NCBI GenBank assembly: GCA_963664825.1
Contig: OY761614.1
Coordinates: forward strand, 864,001-928,000
Reading direction: 5' to 3'
DNA length: 64,000 nt
Source: an uncultured Holophaga sp.
GTDB taxonomy: Bacteria > Acidobacteriota > Holophagae > Holophagales > Holophagaceae
Shown here: in pieces, positions 38,712-47,831 of the stretch
How positions within the stretch are numbered: position 1 is the stretch's first letter
Layout: every line of letters begins with the position of its first letter
The notes under the pieces: model-generated
The model's input: the letters and a program-made list of their open reading frames with translations, nothing else
What the model was told of the DNA's origin: nothing
Databases searched by the model: none
Translations under genes and position numbers: made by a program

Positions 38712-41700
38712 CTACGAAAGGCTCGTGGCCGTGATTTTCTCGTGGGTGTAGAACTCCAGGATATCGCCTTCCTTCAGGGCGTCGAACCCATCGAGGCTGA
38801 TGCCGCAATCGAGGCCGTTCTTCACCTCGTGGACATCCTCCTTGAAGCGCTTGAGGCTCTTCAGGCCGCCATCCCAGAGGATCTCTTCGCCCCGCTTCAC
38901 GCGGACCTTGTAGCCCTTCTGGACCTTGCCTTCAGTGACGAAGGAACCCGCGATCATGTTCTTGTCGATCTTGAAGAGCTGGCGAACCTCCGCCAGACCC
39001 TGGATGGTCTCCTTGTCCGTGGCGTCCAGGAGGCCGACCATGGCCGCCGTGATCTCCTCGGTCACCTTGTAGATGATCTCGTGATACCGGATCTCCACGC
39101 CCTCTTCCTGGGCCAGGTCCGCCGTCTTGCGCTCGGCCTTGACGCCGAAGGCGATGATGGTGGCCTTGGAGGCCTCGGCCAGCAGCACATCATTCTCGGT
39201 GACGGTGCCGGCGGCGGCATGGATGATCCGCACCCGCACCTTCTCAGTGCCCAGCTTATCCAGGCTGCCCACCAGGGATTCCACGGAACCGGAGGTATCG
39301 GCCTTGATGATGAGGGGAAGCTCCTTGATCTGGCCTTCCTTGAGGGTGCTGAAGAGGTTCTCCAGGGTGACCCGCTGCCGGGCCTGGGCGGAGGCCTTGG
39401 CCTTCTCTTGACGGAAGGCCACGATGGAACGGCCCTTGGCCTCGTCCTCCACCACCTGGAAGTTGTCGCCCGACATGGGGACTTCCTCGAAACCCAGGAT
39501 CTGCACGGCATTGGAGGGGCCCACCTCGGTGACGCGGTTCCCCTGGTCATCGAACATGGCGCGGACACGGCCCATGGTGGCGCCTGCCACGAAGATATCC
39601 CCGGCCTTCAGGGTGCCCTGCTGCACCAGCACGGTCGCCACGGGACCGCGACCGCGGTCCAGTTTGGCTTCCAGGATGCTGCCTGCGGCGCGGCAATCGT
39701 AGACGGCCTTGAGTTCCTTCATGTCGGCCATGAGCAGGAGTGTCTCGAGCAGTTCCGGGATGCCCTCCTTGGTCTTGGCGGAGACCCCCACGCTGGGCAC
39801 ATCCCCACCATAGGTCTCGGTCTGGATATTGTGCTGCAGGAGCATCTGCTGGACATGATCGGCGTTGGCGCCGGGCTTATCGATCTTGTTGATGGCCACG
39901 ATCATGGGCACATCGGCAGCCTTGGTGTGGTTGATGGCCTCGATGGTCTGAGGCATCACGCCATCATCGGCGGCCACCACCAGGACCACGATATCGGTGA
40001 CCTTGGCGCCGCGAGCCCGCATCTTGGTGAAGGCTTCGTGACCGGGCGTATCGATGAAGACCACCTGACGCATCAGACCCGTATTGGGATCCTTCACGTC
40101 CACATGGTAGGCGCCGATGGCCTGGGTGATTCCACCGGCCTCACCGGCGGCCACCTTGGTCTTGCGGATGGCGTCCAGCAGCGAGGTCTTGCCGTGATCC
40201 ACGTGGCCCATGATGGTGATCACGGGGGAGCGGGGCAGCTTCTCGCCGAGGCTCTCGTTGCCCTCTTCCTGAGCCAGCTGGACATCCTCTTCGAAGGAGA
40301 CGATATCGGCCAGGTAGCCGAATTCCCGGGCCACTTCCTTGGCCAGCTCGGTATCCAGGGGCTGGTTGATGGTGACGAAGATGCCGCGATGGAGCAGCTT
40401 GGCCATCACGTCCTTGGCGGCGCGGTTGCACTTCTCGGCCAGTTCCTTCACCGTCACGCCCTCGGAGAGCATGGCGATGCCGATCTCCTCTTCGATGTAT
40501 TCGGTGGCGATCTGCTGGGCGCGGGAGCGGGGCTGGCGCAGCTTGAGATCCATCTCCTGCTGAACCTTGGTGTAGCCCTTCTTCTTCTTGCCGTGGGCGG
40601 AGGCGCCGCGACCGGGGCCCTTCTGGGCGTTGGGGTCGATGGGGCCGGTATTGGGGATCGAGGGCCCGCGACCGGGGCCACCGGGACGGCCGCCGGGGCC
40701 GCTGGGACGATAGGGTCCGCTGGGCCGAGCACCGGGTCCGCTGGGGCGACTGCCGGGTCCGCTGGGGCGGCTGCCGGGACCACTGGGGCGACTGCCAGGC
40801 CCGCTGGGGCGACTGGAGGGGCCACCCACGGGCCGGGGCGGAGGAAGCTGGATGTACCGGGCCGGTTGCTGAGACCTGGGGGCCGGAGCCGGGGTATCCG
40901 ACATGGTGATCTTGGTGAAGCCGCCCTCGGGCTGGAGCTGGCTGATGGAGGGCAGGGCCGAGAAGCGGCGCGCCGCGGGCCCCGGCGTAGATTCATGCTT
41001 CACAGCGCCCTTGCCCGTATTGGTGGCCATGGGCAGGACGGCCCTCTCGGGCTGCGGCATGCCGGAGCGCTGCACCTGATTGGACTGGCCCGGTCGCTGG
41101 ACGACGGCCTTGGCGCCGACCTCGGCCTTCGGTCGGGGAGCGGACTGCTGGGGAAGCTGGATGTAGCGCGCGGGTTCCTGGACCTTGGGGGTGGGAGCCG
41201 GAGTCTGCGATAGGCGCAGATGGGAAAAGGTCTGGGGAACGGGAATGGGTTCCGGGGAGGGTTCTGCCGTCCGGACTTCGGGCACAGGAATCACTTCGGC
41301 CTTTGTGGGAGTGGGGGGCACGGGAGCAACGGCCGCCGAGGAGACCACCGGAACAGGGGTGGACGCCGGTTCCGGTTGCTCGACCCGGATTTCTTCCACA
41401 GGAGCCGGAGAGGGCTCGGGCATGGGAGCCTTCTTGAGGAGGACGGCCGGAGGAGGCGGCGCAGGGACAGCCACCGGCGCCGGGGCGCTGGGGGCAGCCT
41501 TCACGATCCTCACGGCGGCCGTGGCCCCGTGAAGCGCCAGGGGCGTGGATTCCTCCCCACCCTTATTCTTGGACTCGAAGGCCCGCTTGAGCACGGCGAT
41601 CTGGTCGTCCGTGAGATTAGAGCTGTGGCTCTTTCCAGCGAGACCCAGGCGCTTCTCGAGCACCTCGATGACCTCGTGGTTACTCACACCTTGATCTTTG

Positions 41701-41723
41701 GCGAATTGGTTGATGCGCAGCAT
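38712..41723 (-). CDS. infB: Translation initiation factor IF-2
   Basis: MGHVDHGKTSLLD, GEAGGITQ, DTPGHEAF, NKID; long Pro-rich N-terminal region. Confidence 0.98.
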   Translation of the reverse strand: MLRINQFAKDQGVSNHEVIEVLEKRLGLAGKSHSSNLTDDQIAVLKRAFESKNKGGEESTPLALHGATAAVRIVKAAPSAPAPVAVPAPPPPAVLLKKAPMPEPSPAPVEEIRVEQPEPASTPVPVVSSAAVAPVPPTPTKAEVIPVPEVRTAEPSPEPIPVPQTFSHLRLSQTPAPTPKVQEPARYIQLPQQSAPRPKAEVGAKAVVQRPGQSNQVQRSGMPQPERAVLPMATNTGKGAVKHESTPGPAARRFSALPSISQLQPEGGFTKITMSDTPAPAPRSQQPARYIQLPPPRPVGGPSSRPSGPGSRPSGPGSRPSGPGSRPSGPGARPSGPYRPSGPGGRPGGPGRGPSIPNTGPIDPNAQKGPGRGASAHGKKKKGYTKVQQEMDLKLRQPRSRAQQIATEYIEEEIGIAMLSEGVTVKELAEKCNRAAKDVMAKLLHRGIFVTINQPLDTELAKEVAREFGYLADIVSFEEDVQLAQEEGNESLGEKLPRSPVITIMGHVDHGKTSLLDAIRKTKVAAGEAGGITQAIGAYHVDVKDPNTGLMRQVVFIDTPGHEAFTKMRARGAKVTDIVVLVVAADDGVMPQTIEAINHTKAADVPMIVAINKIDKPGANADHVQQMLLQHNIQTETYGGDVPSVGVSAKTKEGIPELLETLLLMADMKELKAVYDCRAAGSILEAKLDRGRGPVATVLVQQGTLKAGDIFVAGATMGRVRAMFDDQGNRVTEVGPSNAVQILGFEEVPMSGDNFQVVEDEAKGRSIVAFRQEKAKASAQARQRVTLENLFSTLKEGQIKELPLIIKADTSGSVESLVGSLDKLGTEKVRVRIIHAAAGTVTENDVLLAEASKATIIAFGVKAERKTADLAQEEGVEIRYHEIIYKVTEEITAAMVGLLDATDKETIQGLAEVRQLFKIDKNMIAGSFVTEGKVQKGYKVRVKRGEEILWDGGLKSLKRFKEDVHEVKNGLDCGISLDGFDALKEGDILEFYTHEKITATSLS
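40680..40815 (-). repeat. 21-nt coding tandem repeat (RPSGPGS)n within infB
   Basis: About six RPSGP(G) units in the translation. Confidence 0.85.
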
Positions 41724-41775
41724 GAAAGGGCGTACCTCGATCGTTGTGGGTCATGGAAGAGCTTCAGTTACCAGC

Positions 41776-43095
41776 CTACTCTCCGAAGCGCTCATGCACA
41801 GCATCGATCAGCCGGAAGGCGAGATCCTGTTCCAGGCCTTCGACGCCGAGGAGCTGCTCGGCAGTCACGGTGTAGAGAGATTTGGCATCGGTATAGCCCG
41901 CCGCGGCGAGTTTTTCGGCCATGGATTCATCCAGGCCCTCGACCGCACCGAGTTCGGTGAGGAGGTTCGAAGTGGGAGCCGACACTTCCTGGGCGACCGG
42001 CGCCTCGGGCATCGCGATGCCCATGGCCTCTTCGGCATCCCGGCGTTTCTCGCCCTCGCTGCGGACATCGATATTCCAGCCCGTGAGTTTGGCGGCCAGG
42101 CGGACATTCTGACCGCGCTTGCCGATGGCGATGGAGAGCTGTTCGTCGTCCACCACCACCTCGACGCGCCGGGTCTCCAGATCCAGGATATTGACCCGCA
42201 GAGCCTTGGCCGGATTCAGCGCATTGGCGATGAAGCGCGTGATCTCCTCGTCGAAGCGGACGATATCGATCTTCTCGTTCTTGAGTTCGCGGATGATGGC
42301 CTGGACGCGGCTGCCCTTCAGGCCCACGCAGGCGCCCACGGGATCCACATCGGGATCGACGCTCTGGACCGCCACCTTGGCACGATCGCCGGCTTCCCGG
42401 ACGCAGGAGCGAATGACCACGGTGCCATCGTGGATCTCAGGCACTTCCTGGTCGAAGAGTTTTACCAGCAGCCTGGGATCGGTGCGGCTCACCTGCACCT
42501 GGGGATCCTTGGCGCTCTTGTCCACGCTGACGATGACCACCTTGATGCGCTGCCCCTTGTCGAAGCGGTCACCCCGCAGGGCCTCGCTGCGCTTCAGCAT
42601 GGCCTCGACGCGGTCGACTTCCAGGACGATGGCGCTCTTCTCGAAGCGCTTCACCTCGCCCACCACCACTTCGCCCATGCGGTCGGCGAAATCGATATAG
42701 ACCCGCTCCCGCTCGGCCTCGCGCACCTTCTGCACGAGCACCTGCTTGGCGGCCTGGGCGGCGATGCGGCCCAGCTGGCTGGTGTCCTGGGGCAGCCAGA
42801 GGGTGTCGCCCTCGGCCGCATCCGGATTCAGGCCCTGGGCCTCCTCCAGGCTGATCTCCAGGTCCTCTTCTTCGACTTCCTTCACGACCTGCTTGAGGGC
42901 ATAGACGTGGAACTCGCCGGTCTCCCGGTCCATCTGGGCCTGGAAGTTGCCGTAGAAGTCCAGACTCTGGAAATACTTCTCCGCCGCCTTGACGAGGGCT
43001 TCCTCCACGGCATTGAAGACATCCTCTTCAGGGATGTTCTTTTCGGCGGAAATCATCTTCACGCTATCGAAAAAGCTGGTGGCTACAACTGCCAT
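41776..43095 (-). CDS. nusA: Transcription termination factor NusA
   Basis: GRIAAQAAKQV, VPEI.DG, DPVGACVG.KGSRVQ, AIGKRGQNVRLA. Confidence 0.98.
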   Translation of the reverse strand: MAVVATSFFDSVKMISAEKNIPEEDVFNAVEEALVKAAEKYFQSLDFYGNFQAQMDRETGEFHVYALKQVVKEVEEEDLEISLEEAQGLNPDAAEGDTLWLPQDTSQLGRIAAQAAKQVLVQKVREAERERVYIDFADRMGEVVVGEVKRFEKSAIVLEVDRVEAMLKRSEALRGDRFDKGQRIKVVIVSVDKSAKDPQVQVSRTDPRLLVKLFDQEVPEIHDGTVVIRSCVREAGDRAKVAVQSVDPDVDPVGACVGLKGSRVQAIIRELKNEKIDIVRFDEEITRFIANALNPAKALRVNILDLETRRVEVVVDDEQLSIAIGKRGQNVRLAAKLTGWNIDVRSEGEKRRDAEEAMGIAMPEAPVAQEVSAPTSNLLTELGAVEGLDESMAEKLAAAGYTDAKSLYTVTAEQLLGVEGLEQDLAFRLIDAVHERFGE

Positions 43096-43096
43096 T

Positions 43097-43741
43097 CTAG
43101 ATCTCCTCGCCGAGGCTTTTCTCTACATCGGCTGATGCGTCGGGCGCGGCCGGGGCCACGATCCGGGGTTTAGGGGTCTTTGTCTCTTCGCCCTGTGGGC
43201 TCAGACTTCCCCGCTGAGAGTCGAGGCCTTCCTGTTCGGCTTCCGCCCGCCGGACCTGCTTGGGGGGAGGAGCGCTGTTCTCGTCAAAAGGCGCGAGACG
43301 CGCCTTTTGGATGGCCTCGAAGGGAATGGTCTTCAGGACACCATCCTCCTCCACGGTCACCTGCTCGGCCGTGACTTCGCCAATCCAGCCCTTGAAGCGC
43401 TTCTGGCCATTGAGGGGCTGGGCGGTCTGGATGCGGCAGAGCCGCCCGGCAAAGCGCCGGTAGTGCGCGGGCTTCGTGAGGGGGCGCTCCAGGCCGGGAC
43501 TGGAGATCTCCAGTCCGATTTCCTCTCGCAGGGAAGGGAATTCCACGTCCATCCAGGCCACCAGGCCATCGTTGGCCGCCACACAATCGTCCAGGGTGAC
43601 GGGACGCTGGGCGTCGAGATGATCGATGTAGAGCCGGAGGATCGCATCCCGGCCCTCCTGAACGGATTCCAGGCTCACCAGCTCGAAGCCGAGGAGGCCG
43701 AGCTGGCGTTCGATGGGTGCATGAACTTTCTGGAGATCCAT
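43097..43741 (-). CDS. rimP: Ribosome maturation factor RimP
   Basis: LRLYID, TLDDC, LEISSPGLERPL; upstream of nusA. Confidence 0.95.
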   Translation of the reverse strand: MDLQKVHAPIERQLGLLGFELVSLESVQEGRDAILRLYIDHLDAQRPVTLDDCVAANDGLVAWMDVEFPSLREEIGLEISSPGLERPLTKPAHYRRFAGRLCRIQTAQPLNGQKRFKGWIGEVTAEQVTVEEDGVLKTIPFEAIQKARLAPFDENSAPPPKQVRRAEAEQEGLDSQRGSLSPQGEETKTPKPRIVAPAAPDASADVEKSLGEEI

Positions 43742-43982
43742 TGTGTGTTCCCTGAAACCCGGAAGAGGCGGGCGAACCCACCCGACAAAGCCCGTTCGCA
43801 TTCGAGGTCTCCGTTTTTCGGCGAAATCCCCGAACCCGGCAGGCAAGGCCAGATTCAACCGCTGAGTCTACCGGGAATCGCCTTGACAAACAATGGAGAT
43901 TCAAGGGCGGGAGCCCCCCGGTCTTCATCCCTTCGCCTTGTCCCCCCTTTGCGTCACCCTGGAAGTTCGCCCGGAGGTTTTC

Positions 43983-44894
43983 ATGGCCCAGATCCTGGAT
44001 GGCAAGGCTCATGCCGCCCGCATGCTCGAGGAAGTCAAACAGGCCGTAGACGCCCGGCTCAAGGCCGGACTGCGCCCGCCCTGCCTGGCGGTGGTCCTTG
44101 TGGGGGAAGACCCCGCCAGCCAGGTCTACGTGAAGGGCAAGGTCACGGATTGCGCCAAGACGGGCATCCGCTCCCTGGAATACCGCCTCCCGGCCGAGGC
44201 AAGTCAGACCGAGCTGGAGGCCCTCATCGATAGCCTGAACACCGACCCCACCGTGGACGGCCTCCTGGTCCAACTGCCCCTGCCCAAGGGCCTGGATTCC
44301 AAGGGGGCCCTGCATCGCATCGCGCCAGCCAAGGACGTGGACGGCTTCCACCCCATGAACCAGGGACTGCTGCTGGAAGGCCTGCCCGGACTGCGCCCCT
44401 GCACCCCCAGCGCCGTGATGAACATGCTCAAGGCCTACGGTGTGCCCCTGAAGGGGGCTCGGGCGGTGGTCCTGGGCCGCAGCGAGATCGTGGGCAAGCC
44501 CATGGCCCTCATGCTGCTGGAGGAGCACGCCACCGTCACCATCGCCCATAGCCGCACGGTAGACCTCCCCGCCCTCTGTCGGGAGGCCGATCTCCTGGTG
44601 GCCGCCGTGGGTCGGCCCGGCATGGTGGAGGGCTCTTGGATCAAGCCCGGCGCCGTGGTGGTGGACGTGGGCATCAACCGCGTGGAGGACCTGGCCCTGG
44701 CGGAGCGGATCTTCGCCAAGGAACCCCGCAAGCTGGAGACCCTGAAGACCAAGGGCGGCGTCCTCTGCGGCGACGTGCGCTTCCAGGAGGCCATGGAGGT
44801 GGCCAGCGCCGTCACCCCCGTGCCCGGGGGCGTGGGCCTGCTCACCCGGGCCGGACTGATGATGAATACCCTCCAGGCCTGCCAAGGGCGCTGA
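43983..44894 (+). CDS. folD: Methylene-THF dehydrogenase/cyclohydrolase
   Basis: ILDGK, LVQLPLP, KDVDGFHP, PCTP, GRSEIVGKP, TPVPGGVG. Confidence 0.97.
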   Translation: MAQILDGKAHAARMLEEVKQAVDARLKAGLRPPCLAVVLVGEDPASQVYVKGKVTDCAKTGIRSLEYRLPAEASQTELEALIDSLNTDPTVDGLLVQLPLPKGLDSKGALHRIAPAKDVDGFHPMNQGLLLEGLPGLRPCTPSAVMNMLKAYGVPLKGARAVVLGRSEIVGKPMALMLLEEHATVTIAHSRTVDLPALCREADLLVAAVGRPGMVEGSWIKPGAVVVDVGINRVEDLALAERIFAKEPRKLETLKTKGGVLCGDVRFQEAMEVASAVTPVPGGVGLLTRAGLMMNTLQACQGR

Positions 44895-44931
44895 GACAGG
44901 ATTCGGCGTTCCGACCCACACGCTCGCCGAT

Positions 44932-46380
44932 TTACACCACGGCGATCCCGCTTTCCTTCAGTGTGGCCTCCAGCTTGCGGCGGGAGATGCGGGGATCGGC
45001 CACCACGCAGGGGCCATTGACGCAGCCCCCTTCGCAGGACATGCATTCCAGGAAGTTCCCGACGCCCTTCCCGGCCCCATAGACCTTGAGTTGGCGCAGC
45101 ATATCCTTCCCCAGACCGGAGAGCTTGTCGGGCCTGAGCACGACCCTGTCACCGATGCGGCGGGCCACGGCATCCCGCACGCCCCCCTCCATGGCATAGC
45201 CCCGCCCCTGGGCCGTGGCCCCCAGCTCTGGCGCGGTCCCTTGGCATTGACCGACATCGACGCCCTTGGCCACCAGGGCCGCGCCCAGTTCCTCGAAGGT
45301 CAGCACGCGATCCACCAATGGGTCGGCGAGAGCCTCCCTCCGCTTGGCCACGCAGGGGCTGATGAAGACCCGCAGGGCCTCCGGGAACCGCGCCGCGGCC
45401 ATCTCCGCGGTGAAATGCAGGGGGGTCGGCGTGTGGGAGATGCGCGGCGCCAAGGCGGGCAGGTTCTTGCGAACCAGGTCCGTGTAGGCCGGACAGCAGG
45501 AGGTCGTCATGAAGGGATCCCCCGCCTCCAGGCGCTCGATCAGTTCCTCGGCTTCGGCTTCCGTGGTGCGATCGGCTCCGGCAGCCACCTCGGCCACCTG
45601 ACTGAAACCCAGCGCCTTCAAGGCGCTCGCGAGTTGCTCCGGGGAGGCCTCGAACTGACCCAGGAGGGCCGGGGCGAAGAGGGCCACGGCGGGCCTCTCT
45701 TCTCCCAGGGCCCGCAGGATCTCCAGGAACTCCGACTGCTCCACGATAGCGCCGAAGGGGCAGGCCTGCATACACTTGCCGCAGTGGACGCAACCCTCGT
45801 GGTCCAGCGTCTGTTTGCCGGAATCCCCACGGGTGATAGCCCCCACAGGGCAGGCCTCCTCGCAGGGCACAGGCACCCGCACGATGGCGTGGAAGGGGCA
45901 CATGTCCACGCAGCGCCCGCAGTTCACGCAGAGATCGGGGTCGATCTTGGATTGCCCCCCCTCGAAGGTGATCGCCTTCTTCGGGCAGTTCAGCACGCAG
46001 GACCGGGCCATGCAGCCCTGACAAGCGTTGGTGACGAAGTAGCGGCTCTTGACGCAGGCGCTGCAGGCGTCGTCGATGACGGTGAGCACCCGGGGATCCC
46101 GTGCCTCGCGGGCAAGGGCCTCTCCTGCATACTCGGACAGGGGTTTCAGCTCGTCGGTCTCATCTCCAATATTGAAGCCCATGAGGGCCATGATCCGGTA
46201 GCGCAGAATGGCGCGCTCTGTGTGGATGCAGCACCGCAGGCGCTGGCCGCGGTAGTTCCGGGGGCGGATTTCCACCGGGAGGCGGTCGATGCGTTCCAGC
46301 AGCGTGCCCTCGAAGAGGTGCCGGGCCAGCTTGACCATGAGCTCCCGGCGGATGCGGGTGGTGTTGTTATCGGGCTGCAT
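44932..46380 (-). CDS. Monomeric [FeFe]-hydrogenase (HfsD-like, group B type)
   Basis: H-cluster motifs TTSCCPAY, SPCVAKRRE, ECMSCEGGCVNGP; N-terminal ferredoxin CxxCxxCxxxCP motifs. Confidence 0.92.
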   Translation of the reverse strand: MQPDNNTTRIRRELMVKLARHLFEGTLLERIDRLPVEIRPRNYRGQRLRCCIHTERAILRYRIMALMGFNIGDETDELKPLSEYAGEALAREARDPRVLTVIDDACSACVKSRYFVTNACQGCMARSCVLNCPKKAITFEGGQSKIDPDLCVNCGRCVDMCPFHAIVRVPVPCEEACPVGAITRGDSGKQTLDHEGCVHCGKCMQACPFGAIVEQSEFLEILRALGEERPAVALFAPALLGQFEASPEQLASALKALGFSQVAEVAAGADRTTEAEAEELIERLEAGDPFMTTSCCPAYTDLVRKNLPALAPRISHTPTPLHFTAEMAAARFPEALRVFISPCVAKRREALADPLVDRVLTFEELGAALVAKGVDVGQCQGTAPELGATAQGRGYAMEGGVRDAVARRIGDRVVLRPDKLSGLGKDMLRQLKVYGAGKGVGNFLECMSCEGGCVNGPCVVADPRISRRKLEATLKESGIAVV

Positions 46381-46383
46381 CGT

Positions 46384-46647
46384 TCACCCTTCCCGGGAGG
46401 CCGCCAGGACCTCCAGGCGCTCTAGGATTCGCGGCAGGGTGGCATCCGCCAAGATTTCATCGCCGATTTTCACGTAGGGGGCCTCATTGGGGTTGCGACC
46501 ATCGCAGAGTTCCAGGCAGCGCGCCCCCCTCACCCGGACCCGGCCCCGCAGATGCTCGGGCAGCTGTTCTTCCAGCATCAGAAGATGGGAACCGCCCATC
46601 ACCACGCAGGTGGTGCCCGCGCAAACGGTCACGACGATCGTGTCCAT
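46384..46647 (-). CDS. Thioredoxin-like [2Fe-2S] ferredoxin (HfsA/NuoE-like), copy 2
   Basis: VCAGTTC...CLELC...APYVKI. Confidence 0.85.
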   Translation of the reverse strand: MDTIVVTVCAGTTCVVMGGSHLLMLEEQLPEHLRGRVRVRGARCLELCDGRNPNEAPYVKIGDEILADATLPRILERLEVLAASREG

Positions 46648-46658
46648 TCCGGTCTCCT

Positions 46659-47831
46659 CTAGTAGTACGTGACATGGACCTTCTTGAGATACTTGGCCTC
46701 CAGCAGCCCCGCCAGACGCTTGATGACGTTGCGGCGGATATCCAACTCGATGGGGAGCGTGGGATCCTGATGGGCCTGGTTCACCCGGGTACCCACCTGG
46801 AAGGAGATGACATCGCTCTCCAGGAGGAGTTCCATGAGGCGGGTGGCGGCGTTGCGGCGGTGGGGCGGAGGCCCGAACTCGAGATAGTCCCCGAGCTTGC
46901 CCAGGGTCAGGCAGCCCTCGGTCACCAGTTCCACCCCTTCCATGTGGGAGGGCATGGGGACCTCCCGGTCGTATTCGCTCAGATCCATCTCGATCTCCCG
47001 CCGCAATTCCCGGGCGACGATATTGGAGGTGGTGCCGCCACAGACGACCTTCTTCACGCCGGGCTCCTCCACCAGGCGGGCGTATTCGGGGTCCCGGGAT
47101 TCCTCGTAGGGGGGCCCCGTGATCACATACATCTGGCGGGGATGCCGGAAGCAGAGGATCCCGCAGGTGATGTCATCCCCCGGCAGGCCGCCGTCGTAGC
47201 CCACCGCGCGGTCCACCACCACTTCGGCCAATCGCCGGGCGGAGAGGGCCGGATACTGCCGCAGCCTCTCGAGGATGAAGGCCTGGGCCTCAGGTTCCCC
47301 CCAGCCCAGGGGCAGTTCCTCGGTGCCCATGCCGGCCTGGGTGACGCCATCGGAATAGAGCAGGATGCGATCCCCGATGTTTGTTTCGAACTCCGAGACC
47401 TGGAGGATGCGATTGCCCCAGCGGGGACGCCCCAGCAACCGGCGTTCCACGGGCACGGCCTCCCCATCCCGGAGCAGGAGGAAGGGCGGATTGCCGTGTT
47501 CGAAGACCCGGGTGCGCCCATCCATGTGGGCATCCACGATGGTGAAGGTGGAGTGGCTGATGTGGCGCCGGGGTTCCACCGGCAGGGAATCCATAAGGAT
47601 GGTGGCGGCCTTGGCCGTATCGATATTCCAGGCCACGTACTCGAGGGCCATGGCCGCCGTCAGGGAAGCCGGAGCCGCGGCCTGCACCCCATGGCCCAAT
47701 CCGTCGGCGAGCACTGACACCATGCGGCGCCCCTCGTCCAGTTTCTGGGAGAGGAAGACATCCCCCGCCAGGTTCTGGCCCTTGCAGGCCAGCTGGCAGT
47801 AGTCCACCTCGATGAAGAGGCTCTCAGGCAT
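46659..47831 (-). CDS. SpoIIE/PP2C Ser/Thr phosphatase (HfsC-like)
   Basis: GDVF, LADGLGHG, YSDGVTQAG, DDIT, CGGTT, LVTEG.LTL. Confidence 0.9.
   Translation of the reverse strand: MPESLFIEVDYCQLACKGQNLAGDVFLSQKLDEGRRMVSVLADGLGHGVQAAAPASLTAAMALEYVAWNIDTAKAATILMDSLPVEPRRHISHSTFTIVDAHMDGRTRVFEHGNPPFLLLRDGEAVPVERRLLGRPRWGNRILQVSEFETNIGDRILLYSDGVTQAGMGTEELPLGWGEPEAQAFILERLRQYPALSARRLAEVVVDRAVGYDGGLPGDDITCGILCFRHPRQMYVITGPPYEESRDPEYARLVEEPGVKKVVCGGTTSNIVARELRREIEMDLSEYDREVPMPSHMEGVELVTEGCLTLGKLGDYLEFGPPPHRRNAATRLMELLLESDVISFQVGTRVNQAHQDPTLPIELDIRRNVIKRLAGLLEAKYLKKVHVTYY

Noticed and set aside
40680..40815. 21-nt tandem repeats as a non-coding array
   Set aside because: In-frame low-complexity segment of IF2
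38742..41213. Long antisense ORFs (823 aa here; also 3684-6086, 13638-15914, 33121-35103, 55697-58735)
   Set aside because: Mirror frames of well-supported genes; expected from high GC3 codon bias; no protein motifs
43745..43890. rimP leader RNA
   Set aside because: A GGCGGG/CCCACC hairpin is in the expected place but cannot be assigned without a covariance model
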